DNA of 64,000 nt from the NCBI GenBank assembly GCA_000320545.1, contig ADNK01000008.1:20356-84355 (forward strand), written 5' to 3'. Below the pieces are notes generated by a model. It did no database searches, was not told where the DNA came from, and saw only the letters and a program-made list of their open reading frames with translations. The stretch's first letter is position 1; each line of letters starts with the position of its first letter. The DNA is from Bigelowiella natans CCMP2755 (taxonomy: Eukaryota > Protista > Cercozoa). Below, one piece after another: positions 53,890-64,000 of the stretch. The position numbers were made by a program, and so were the translations under genes.

Positions 53890-54600
53890 AAAATAGGTAC
53901 TCTGCGGATACGGGTGACACTCTCTCTTACCTGGCGGCCTCAGTGCTAGCGGCTCTGTACCTCTACACGTACGCAGACATTTCAGCGAATTCGTCCCAGA
54001 TAGCTGACTTGTCGTCCAAATTCACAGAGGTGCTAGCTATGTTGTATCAAAGACTGAAGAAATACGAGGGAGAGGAAGTAGCAAGGGGGTTGACCGAAGT
54101 GTTCCCAAGGAAATATCGCACGGCTCATTTCGATAATCAAATTATAAACAGGTGTATACGCCTAGCTTCTTCGGGATTCTCACTAACAACGGTTTCGGTT
54201 TTAACGAGGATAAACCGTTTTCTGTGGTGCAGTACTCGAGCACAGGTAGGGGCCCTTTTCTTCCTCCAGGATAACGTGTAACATCATCATTCCAGATCCG
54301 ATTGTCCATTGCATGAAGAGAACTGGAAAAGCAATCTTATGATCGTTCCCCCCCCCCTATCCAGGGACAGACCAACTTGTTGTCGGGCCGTTTTTAGCCG
54401 CTAGCAGTGTGCCGATATACCCCATGCCCAGCTGGGATGATCGGAGAGCAAAAAACGATTCTGAGGATTACTTTCTCGTAATCGGAGTATCAGCGTTGTT
54501 CGGTCTCTTGTTCACCATATTGCTCTACCTCATCTACTACTGGTATAAGAACCGCAAAAGCAATCGTCAGAAGAGGAATAAGCTCTTAATGGGTTGTAAA

Positions 54601-54636
<36 letters not shown>

Positions 54637-56946
54637 GTGGTGGTGAGGGAGAGCGGATGAAACATGCTGACTATTATGTGCTCCTGATACTTAAAACAGT
54701 AACATGAGCAAACTCATTTCATCATTATTCTAATGGTACCGGGTGACGATTAAGATTTTCCTGGGTTATTACATATTGTGAGATTGTTGTGTAGTGTACT
54801 CCTGTTGCTATCGCCAATACTGGCTGACTCCAAAAGAATTTATTCGAAAATAATTGAATATATGCTGCGTGTCGTTGGGAGTCCCGTATCAACGCCCAAG
54901 CCCAAAACAATAATCCGATTTTGCTTCGCCGCAAGTGCGGAGTTTACAACTAATCGAAACGTTTCCCTCTTTCTCCTACCACAGAATTGTTACAGGGATT
55001 GTTCTTCTTGTTCATCGAGCTAGCGGATTTTTTTACGGATATACTATCGTTCTACGCGATCTTGACGGGATCTTTCAGCACTGTTATCCGTGTCGCCTAC
55101 TCAACCATCTTCGTTGTGGCTGGGCTTGCGTCGATATACAACGTTTACATTCGTACGTGGATCCTTAGAATGTTATGGCGAACAACGCATCTCAATACTA
55201 GGTACCATGGCATGATGGAATGAGAGGGGAACAAAAAAGGAGAAAGATGGGAGAGCTTTACAGCCCACAGCTACTCTTGTACTAATTCGCTTCTTCCACT
55301 TCCACCACCACCACCACCACCACCACCACCACTACGAAAAAGGTATTACGAGGAGGTATGGCATGGGAAAAACAATGACATTTTGTACGCGAAGAGTATC
55401 TATGACAACCTCCTATCAGTGGTGCGCAAAATGGAGGATGCCAAGAGCGATATGCTGGTGCGGGGTTCATATTAAATTAGCCAAATTAGTGAGAGAGCGA
55501 GCGCATCAGATAATTAAGGATTTAACTGTAGGTTTTTGCGCTCGAAGATCTTCCCTTCTGTGTGATCAACGTGATTCTCCTTGAGACCAGCGCCCTATCC
55601 AGATCAGAGAGATCGATTTTCACGGCGAGCATTATGTTCAGTGTCTTCTTCATGGGATTCAAGTTCAGGGCGTTTCGGGCATTTTGCAATTACAAGAGCA
55701 AATTTCAAAAATCAAAGAAAGATTTCGAAGATATAGGTATAACTCTCAACCCCCACCAGGTATGCGTAGTTTTGAAACCTAAAAGAGCGAAAAAGATGCG
55801 GTAGTTGTGTGGTTGTGTGGTTGTGTGTGTCTAAATTGTAATATCATCTACCATCGTTATTATAATTTATCATAGCACCAAACGTATGAAGACATCGACA
55901 ATTTCGTGGAGCAGCTTAAGGGGATGATAAGGGAAGGAAAAACCAATGTGAGAATTTCCAATGTGGGAATTCGCAAAGGAAGTCCCAAACGACGGAATAC
56001 GCGCCGCAACACACATGGCGGCGAAAGTGCCAGTACGAAGTCCATCCAGAATGCTGGTAGCCTATCACATACTCGAGCAGATAGGAATGCGTTGCCCTTT
56101 TCGCCAACATCACAAGATCCAGCCAACCCGGTTAATGGGGGTGTGGATTTGCAAACTTCGGGGATGTTCGAACTTGAGGAGTCGTCTGCTATCCTGATTA
56201 GAAACGATGAAGTTTTAAACAGGAATAAAAAGCTCGTTCCCTCCGTCGAACGAGCGCAAAGCAGTGATCTTTGTTCGGAGACTTCCATTGATATCAAGAG
56301 AGACAAGAACGAGGTTTCCCCAAAAATTCTTCCACCTGGATTGCTCGACCGTGTTAGTTTCCGACAGGGCGGGGGTAAGACGCAGGGTACTGTGGTGAAG
56401 ATTGAGATCGACGAGAAGGACAACCGTACCATATTTATCAAAGACATGGACGATAAGCACTGGAAGATCTCTGGCAAGAAAGTAAGTGCGGGTAAAGTCC
56501 ATATCATCCAACGAGCTCCCAACTCAGCTAAGGCGCATAGCACCGAGAGCACGGGATACAAACTCTATAAACCAGGTACGATCATAGATGTATCTTGTGT
56601 TGGAATCCGTGTATGTTGTCATGGAGATATAAGCGATGAACACTTTTCCCGCCAATTTTACGCAATCTCCTCTCAAAATGTTGACTGTCTTTCTTCGTCG
56701 TGTGCATTTACGTTTTTCTTTCGCTTACTGCCAGGCACCAGCGTTTACGTATTCTCCCGAGGGCTGAAGGAATGGATTCCTTCAAAGATATGCTCATTGA
56801 CCATCACTGAAATTTTCGACAATGACAAGAGATTAAGGATGGTTAAGATAGCAGCTCTTGTCAAATTTAAGGAGCGTAAGGGTAAGAAGCTTGTGAAAGA
56901 TATCTTCAATCGTTCTTCATTGAGAAAGACGCGACCGCCAGCATGA
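51377..56946 (+). CDS. Membrane receptor-like protein: signal peptide, type-1 periplasmic-binding (Venus flytrap, LivJ/LivK-like) ectodomain, ~5 TM, long cytosolic tail
   Basis: Signal IVGWIFVVLAILCGHSADA. Spliced ectodomain DLVMAPYSSG|FTETVVEAMQ|STSKLVISAGAS|STSLF...YNNLFSSLNTADTYMNEFVNLVRYNGAATIAFAYVDSTFTEQACLGASQVASESGMTVL...KESRPDVLVVCSY. Then IYPMPSW and TM1 (54480-54545), followed by FIELADFFTDILSF, VAYSTIFVVAGLASIYNVY, ALEDLPFCVINVILL and ASIMFSVFFMGFK. Confidence 0.75.
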
Positions 56947-57111
56947 GCAATGCAAAGGCTAGAAAACCCAGTGTAAGGACTTTAAATGCCAATCTTGAAA
57001 AAGTATAAGAATCGCCCATTCTGCAGCAACTACTGCGTCATCATCACATAGTGACCACATCGTGCATGTCACAGCTAGATACCAGTAGTCACGCACCATT
57101 CTAGTTTCATA

Positions 57112-57157
<46 letters not shown>

Positions 57158-57164
<7 letters not shown>

Positions 57165-57200
57165 CGGATGTAATAAAAAGTTTAAATTTTTTTCAATGGT
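57158..57200 (+). mobile_element. Solo end of the same TIR element family
   Basis: tatgagacggatgtaataaaaagtttaaattttttcaatg lies immediately after a (TA)n tract and is near-identical to the TIR at 39770. No partner TIR was found downstream. Confidence 0.65.
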
Positions 57201-57834
57201 ATAAATATATATATATATATATTGCTTGCATGTTGCGTTGACACAATGAATGTGAACTTGCATCGCAGCTAGCTAGCTAGCGCAGGCCCCTAACTAGCTA
57301 ACACTCTTATTCGCTATCTAGCTATGCTACGTCATCGCAACATTGAGATGACGCACCAAAAAAGTCGAGACAGCAGCTAGGGGGCTAGCTAGCTAGCTCC
57401 CCATCTCGACTTTCTACATCAAGCTCGTTGTTCGAACTGATGATGTTTCGAGCTAATGCCATTGACAGGGCTCCCTGTGCGATGCAGCAGACTTGGACAT
57501 GCTAGCATGCGTGTGCTTTTTGTGTTATGTGTATACCATTTGTTGTTTGCGATGCATGCGATGCTAGCTAGCTAGTGTGTCGCCAAACTACGATTACATG
57601 TTGCATAACTAGTCTTCTAGCTAGGTACACAAAGCTAGAAAGCTCGAGAGCTCTAGAGTAGCTAGGTAGGTGAGCTACTACACTAGTACATGTATACGAT
57701 GCTATAAAGTGCGCCCACGATACATGTAGCTTTTATAGCTACATACATCATGCTAAATTATGTGCATACACAAAACAATGCTAAATATAATGATTATTTT
57801 TCACGTAAACATAGTAAAAATATATCTAATATAT

Positions 57835-57882
<48 letters not shown>

Positions 57883-58079
57883 CCATATGACATGTGGATG
57901 GGAATATTTAGCTTATTATTGTGACTTATCCAAAACAATGTGTGGTTGCATCCGCGAGCTATCTTCATGTACACTTTCCCCAGTTTTATGTTCATGTGGG
58001 GCAATCCGGATGCTCTCCTCGATCATCCGGAAGCAGCAAATTGCATCCAAAGCTCTTAAGGAAATTTCCCTCCCCCAAC

Positions 58080-59365
58080 CTATTGCTTAGTTTCCTCATC
58101 AGCATCAAGATCGTCGTACATGATCTTGCGCAATTCATTTGAGAGGCCGCTCTCCTTATGCTCAGCAGACAGGCAGATTTTCTCCACTGAAGTGTATTTG
58201 ATTTAAATTATATAAAGGCAGAAAAACTATAACAATGTTGTCTTACTTGCTACGATCTTATGGAAGTAAAAATCGCGCTCCTTGAGGACAATCTTCATAT
58301 TTCGTTCGTATTCTTCCACCTTCTTCTTGTACCTAGTACAAAAAGCCCATCTTAATGATAATCTTGCGGTGGGGTTCCGACTACTTACTCTTCAATTTTC
58401 TGTGAAGATCCTCCAGAGTTACGCTTCATGATTCTGTTGGTATTTCAGTATATTATCGAGTCCACTAAAGTGATATATTCTACAATTCTACCTGCTGCCC
58501 TTAGATGAAATTGGTTTACGATAAGCCGACGCCTGAATTACGTCGAGGTTCAAATATGAACGGTCCTCATGCATTTGGTATTTATGAACCTTTTTAGGTC
58601 TGTTCAAGGCTCCCGATTGATTTTCTTTGTTTTTCATCATCTTTGAAACTCCTTTCGATTTTGCCCTTCTAGCTTCCTGAAACGATTTTTATTACTGAGA
58701 CCCAACGGGCATAAACAAGTCGAGCAAGTTACCGCATCGTATCCTTCTCCACTGTCGTTGCATTGGAAAAATTGATACATCCACTGCAAAAATTCCAAGT
58801 TGTCCTGATACCTACAGTTGGATCATCTAGTTATTTAGGGTTTTGGCACTTAAATAAATGACTCGACTTGGCTTTGATTAGCTTCTGGATGGGAACGATC
58901 TGCACAACCGAATTCCGTCAGGTCAAGCAGCAACATGAAAAAAACTTGGACTACCTTCTTCACACCAAGTTTGGTGAAAGCATCCTGCACAAGCTTGAAG
59001 TTCACCGCATACTCATGGTCGTACTTTGCGCCGAAATTGACCTGATCGACAGTTCCCAATGGATCAAATTCTCTGCACACCAATATAATTCTATATTAAA
59101 AACCTTGCTCATCTTTATTTTTCTTGGGAAAAGAGAATCCACAATTTGACAGTGTATAGCTCCAGTTGCACATTCTTCCACTTTGCCAATTCTGAGGCTG
59201 AGTAAAGAGTTCACCCATTCGATTAACTCGGAACGGCTCTTGAAATATGCCTCTGAGGGGAAGAATGATGGACGAAATTAGTGTAAATCTATCGGGTTGA
59301 TGCATCGATTCTTCTACGTTACCATTCATCATTCCTACGGCGGGCTCATTGACGTACGTTGACAT
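58080..59365 (-). CDS. EB1: EB1/MAPRE microtubule plus-end-binding protein
   Basis: VGMMN|GAYFKSRSELIEWVNSLLSLRIGKVEECATGAIHCQIVDSLFP...VNFGAKYDHEYAVNFKLVQDAFTKLGVKK|IVPIQKLIKAK|YQDNLEFLQWM (CH domain). EB homology segment KERDFYFHKI; ends ELRKIMYDDLDADEETKQ*. Confidence 0.93.
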
Positions 59366-60017
59366 GGTTCTCTAGCTGGACTCGGGCAGATCTAAATATG
59401 AATAAGGTCTTTTTCCTTCTCGTAGGTTCTCTCAAATGTTTAAATTTATATATCGAGACATCAAAACATGGGTGTCGCATTATCAGTATCCACTTCAAAA
59501 GACAAACTCGATTTTCAAGAAGACTTGAATCTTGTCCGAAAAAGCTCTGAGCGGGTCGAAACAACAAAGCCGTTAAGTTTTGAGAAACCCTTTCGCGCTT
59601 TTCTCGGTTTTCTTCCAAACCTAGAAACGAAAATCCACTGGAATTCTCATCTCTTGAAGTTCTCCGAGACAAAAAATATACAAACCCAACTTCGTAATAT
59701 ATTCGCTTTACCATTGTCGCAAAGGGATAAAGGATGTCATTTTGTCTCAGCTGAAGCGATCCAAACAGAGCAAGTACAACAGATACATTAGTACGATTCG
59801 TACATAACTTCATCGTCTACTCTTCAGCGTCGCGACGGTCGACCAACTCCCTCCCTCCCTAAAGGGAAAAAAATGGTTATCCGCATTCATATTTTTTTCT
59901 CATACATGTAGCTTGTGGAAAATCCGGTCTCTAGAACATAAAACATAAGGGAGTCAGATTTGAACTACCGAAAACTCGAACTCCTATCAAATATTCGATA
60001 TGTTGCCTCAGGAAAAC

Positions 60018-63000
60018 ATGAAGAGCCAGGAGGAAGGTAAATACATAACATTTGATATTTAGTAACTCGTAGTGCTGATAAATATTCTCGAAGGGGTGCC
60101 AAATTTTGACGAATATGACACAAATCACGATGGGTTCATCGACCAAAAAGAGTTCCTCCACGCCTTCGAGACGAGTTCTAACCGTGCGGAGAATCCTCGA
60201 ATTACAGCCCCAACAATATTACACCAAAATACAGACACCAGGAAACCTCCTTATGCTCTACCAAGAGGTTTGTCTTGTTTTCGCGTAGCAAGTCATGCTC
60301 TAAAAATTATATTTCCACAGGCGCAGAAACTCCAGGCCCTCGTAGCTCAAATGGTCACAAAATCGAAAGACAAAGTGATCCGAGGGACTATTCCTCGCGA
60401 TTAAGGGTAAATTCAGGTACACAACCACGTAAGCTCAGTTTCCAGGACCAACCTTCGACCTCAGAAATCGGGTACCAAGTTTCAACAGTTGCAAAATATC
60501 AAACTTGAAATCAACTTCCAATTCTGATAGGTTAAATTATGGCAGCCAGTCCAGTTTCGCTCAAAATTCTCGTGCCAATCGTAACGTATATCGATACCCT
60601 ATAGAGGAAAGTGGTAAGAAGCAAATTGCTGATGTTGCAGCAAGAATCCGATACATGTCTACTGTTTGTCAGATTTCGAGGATGCAAGTGCTATGATAGC
60701 TAGCGTGAAGATAGGACCCTACGATGAGTTGAAAAAACGTCTTCATCAAATTCAGAATCAACTTAAAGGGGAGCAAGAGAACTGTAAGAAAGAACGCGGA
60801 AAATCTGAGATTCTCAATGCCACACTTTACAACTACAAGGAGAGGCAGAAAGTAAAAGAATTAGACTGCAAGTAATTAAAATCATGCTGACTTCCCAATT
60901 TTTCCAGAAAATTTCTAGTGAAAATGTGAAGCTCAAGCGTGCGCTGGAGGAAACTGTGAGCGCTTTCGAAGACTTGAAAGATAAACACGGGAAACTTCAA
61001 AGAAGTTACGAAATTCTTGAGGGTCGAAAAAGTGCTATCGACAGAAAATTGCAGACGAGAGGCGTTCAAGAGCGTGATTATATGAAGAGTATGTCAGAAT
61101 TGAATCAAGAAAATGTGAAGTTAAAAAGACAACTAGGATTTACACGTCACAAATTTCACGAGATTAATCGCACTGTGGAAGACCGCGATGGAGAGATTAA
61201 GCGATTAAAACTTCAGCTGCAGACTGCGGAAGCTAAGGAAGCACAAAAGTTGAAGAAGAATCGTCAACTGATCATGAATTCGGCAGATGGTGACTCCCAG
61301 AACCGAATTTTAAAGGAGGAAATCGCTGACGTATTAAAAGAAAGTCAACGTTTGAAGATGGAGTATGAAAGAAAGTTATCAGAGCAAGAAACCGAGAATA
61401 AAGAAAAACGGAAGCAATACATAAACGAAGCCATGAAGAAAACTCAACAGGTCGCTCTTCTAAAGGAAGAATTACAAAATATAAAGCGATCTGGGGCAGA
61501 CGACGTCCAGAGACTTAGTAATATGTTAACCAAATTCATCAACGATGAAAAGATGCGAGACAAGATGGCCACATCCAAAGCTATCACGGAGGTAGCGAGA
61601 GGCAGCGAGCGAGCTAAACAGTTGGAAGAAAAACTAAAGGATGCCGAGAGACAGATGCAGAGTCTTGAGGATTTGAAGGTAGAAGCAGCCAAGGCAAATG
61701 GCAGATCTGAACTGTTGTTGGAAAAACTTCAAAAGGCAGAGGAAGAGCTTCAAAAGAGCGAGAAGTTGAAGGGACATCTGTATGGCACATTAAATTCGCT
61801 CCAAACTGAACGAGAAGCCCGGAACAAACTATTGGAAGAGAACAAAGCATTGTCTAACGAACTTGAACGACTTCGCGTTCGGCAAGGCGATGATTTAAAA
61901 GTTAACGGTTTGCGGTCGTTAGAGTCTAGTTTCGGCAAAACAGAACTGAAGGCGATCATTGATAAGAGCCTTTCTGGACCAACGGAGAACACATCAAGGG
62001 AAATTGGAAAAATATCCGAACGATTGGAACAGCTTAACACCAGTGTTTCCAGTATCGCTGCTGTGATGGATGCAAAAGGTGTGGAAGATGATAAGACATC
62101 CAAAATGCTTAGAGGCCAAATTGTCGAAGATATAAAGTCTGTTTTGAATGGCAGCATTTCTAGATTGACAGAGAACACAGCAAAGGAAATCGGAAATATA
62201 TTAAAAAGACTCCAGGAACTTGAACCAGTTTCGAAAGACACGGCGGCTGCGATAGAGTCGAAGGGAAAGGATGATATTACATTATCTGAAGCTTTCAGAA
62301 ATCAGATAGTCGAAGACTTAAAGTCTACTATTGAAGATAAACTCTTCAAACCTGCGATGGTACAATCAGAAAAAGAGGCAAACAAGATGGTTAGTACTGT
62401 CTCTAGCGAAATCAAGGCTATTTTTGCTGAAGAAATGAAAGAATCCAGTTCAAAGTCCAAGAAAAATCGCGTCGCCTTTGAAGAGTCTAAGGAGCATCTT
62501 GAGAAGATCGTTGGGACTGCTGTTGATGCCCGAACCGAGAAAATCATGAGTAAACTTCAAGAACTCCAAGACCGAATATTGAAAATTCCTGTAGAGCCGT
62601 CAGGAAAGCAAAAAAGGTATAGTGGTTCATCAGTATTCCCATTCCATGTCATCACTGAAGTTTGTTTACGATAGGAATACTGAATCGAAAGCTTTGGCAT
62701 TATCGACTGGGGTGTATCGAAAAGGGATGCAAAAACTTGAGACATTTTTAGCTGATATGGAAAAGAGAATCATGGCAAAAGAAACTGCAATCGTTCAAAG
62801 TTCTAGCGGATGTAACAAGAAAATGGGGCAAATTGTCCAGGATGTAGGAGAAATCCGGGGTGACATAAAGACCTCACAGAACAAAACCAGAGATCTCGTG
62901 AAGAAACTCGAGAACAAAGTCTCTGGAGCAATATGCACACATGTTGACAAGAAACACGTTCAACTTGCTACTTCCATGAACAAACTAACAAAGGCGACAG

Positions 63001-63245
63001 AAAAACTAAAGATTCCAGAAACAAAGATGACAGAAGGAGAAGTCAAACGCATCACTACTGCGATATCAGAGAACATCGTCATACCACCAGTGGAATTCAC
63101 ACCGGAGCAGTCAAATCGATTGTTATCAAGTTTGTTGAAATACTGCGCTGCTTGTGACATAGGATTAGGATCCTTCTTCGGATTGCTAATAATTTTGCTC
63201 TTCTCTGTTCTGACAGATGCCCCAGATTTTTTCGTGTACACTTAA
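60018..63245 (+). CDS. Long coiled-coil protein with N-terminal EF-hand and a single C-terminal TM (tail-anchored)
   Basis: EF loop FDEYDTNHDGFIDQKEF; E/K/L-rich heptad exon 60884..62617; terminal IGLGSFFGLLIILLFSVL followed by TDAPDFFVYT*. Confidence 0.7.
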
Positions 63246-64000
63246 CCACCATATGGACTGCATGCATATACAGATTCGAATCGAAATCATTAGAAAGAAT
63301 CGTGGTGTGTTGTCATGATTCAAAGCGTGCAATGTGATTGCAAAGCAGATATGCATCCGTCAATGCAAGTCATTGAGCTGATATGCACACACAAATCTGC
63401 GTGTGTGTATTTTCTTGGTTGCGTTCGTCATGATTGCATTTGAAATTTCATCATGCCAATCTGCTAGCAATGGACACGAGACACCACTAGACCAACACAC
63501 CGTGCTGTAGCGTGTGATGCGCATGCTAGCATGCACATGTCCTAGCTGATCAATGTGCATGTCCATGCTAGCTAGCTAGATGTCTGTGCACAGCACTGCA
63601 TGGAGACAACATTACTACATAGCCCTTAAAGGCTATGGAGCGTACCGGGTTTTAAGCACACATGCTACACATCATGTGCAGCGAAGAACATGCTTGTGTG
63701 TGGAGTTACATGTGTTCGATTCGCACGTGTGTGCGCTACATAGCCCTCAAAGGCTGCAGAGAACAGCATAGTCTCATCTGGACAGCCTAGTAGTCTAGCA
63801 GTGCTGTGCTAGCTAGCTAGCTGTGGCACGCCAGCACGCATGCTAGCATGTTTGCGTCCATTGTCAGACATGCGCATCGCACAGTCGACGAACAGTTCGA
63901 TTCAACACTAGAGCAGTCCAGCGTGCACCTAGCAACACTGGATCGGAGTGCTAGAGTGTGCTAGCTAGCTAGCTAGAGCCAGAGATAACCAGAGAGTGCT

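Noticed and set aside
11937-59365. A functional ciliary gene cluster (BBS2, centrin, EB1)
   Set aside because: The genes are interspersed with unrelated housekeeping genes, and such co-occurrence is plausible by chance in a gene-dense flagellate genome.
1-64000. tRNA, rRNA, snRNA genes, CRISPR arrays, telomeric repeats or a non-standard genetic code
   Set aside because: None was recognised by eye, and conserved genes translate correctly with the standard code and GT-AG splicing. tRNAscan-SE and Infernal would be needed to exclude small RNAs.

Overview
Eukaryotic nuclear DNA from a gene-dense, very intron-rich protist. A chlorarachniophyte-like alga is my inference from intron style, ciliary genes and a bipartite-looking presequence on Dre2; it is not proven. 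Most ORF-track entries are exon fragments or microsatellite artefacts, so gene models were assembled by hand across GT-AG introns and their outer coordinates are approximate. About 16 genes are present: a partial unknown gene; an RGS+C2 protein; a tandem two-pore K+ channel with an unusual 2x(3TM-P-TM) layout; BBS2; a GRF-zinc-finger/SMARCAL1-like helicase; Dbf4; centrin-3; a DFR/CCR-like reductase; an MGC-acylated protein; Dre2/anamorsin; WASHC3; a 4-EF-hand protein; RBBP6/Mpe1; a Venus-flytrap receptor fused to a short XK-like membrane domain; EB1; and a tail-anchored coiled-coil protein. The strongest unexplained signal is a ~1.4 kb decayed coding relic (44150-45550) in which TpA is almost absent: 4 by manual count, and none in ~700 bp, while CpG persists. 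This suggests a targeted TpA->TpG/CpA hypermutation process, opposite in direction to fungal RIP. A small TIR element (MITE) family in convergent intergenic regions appears to show the same substitutions. No tRNA, rRNA or CRISPR array was recognised.
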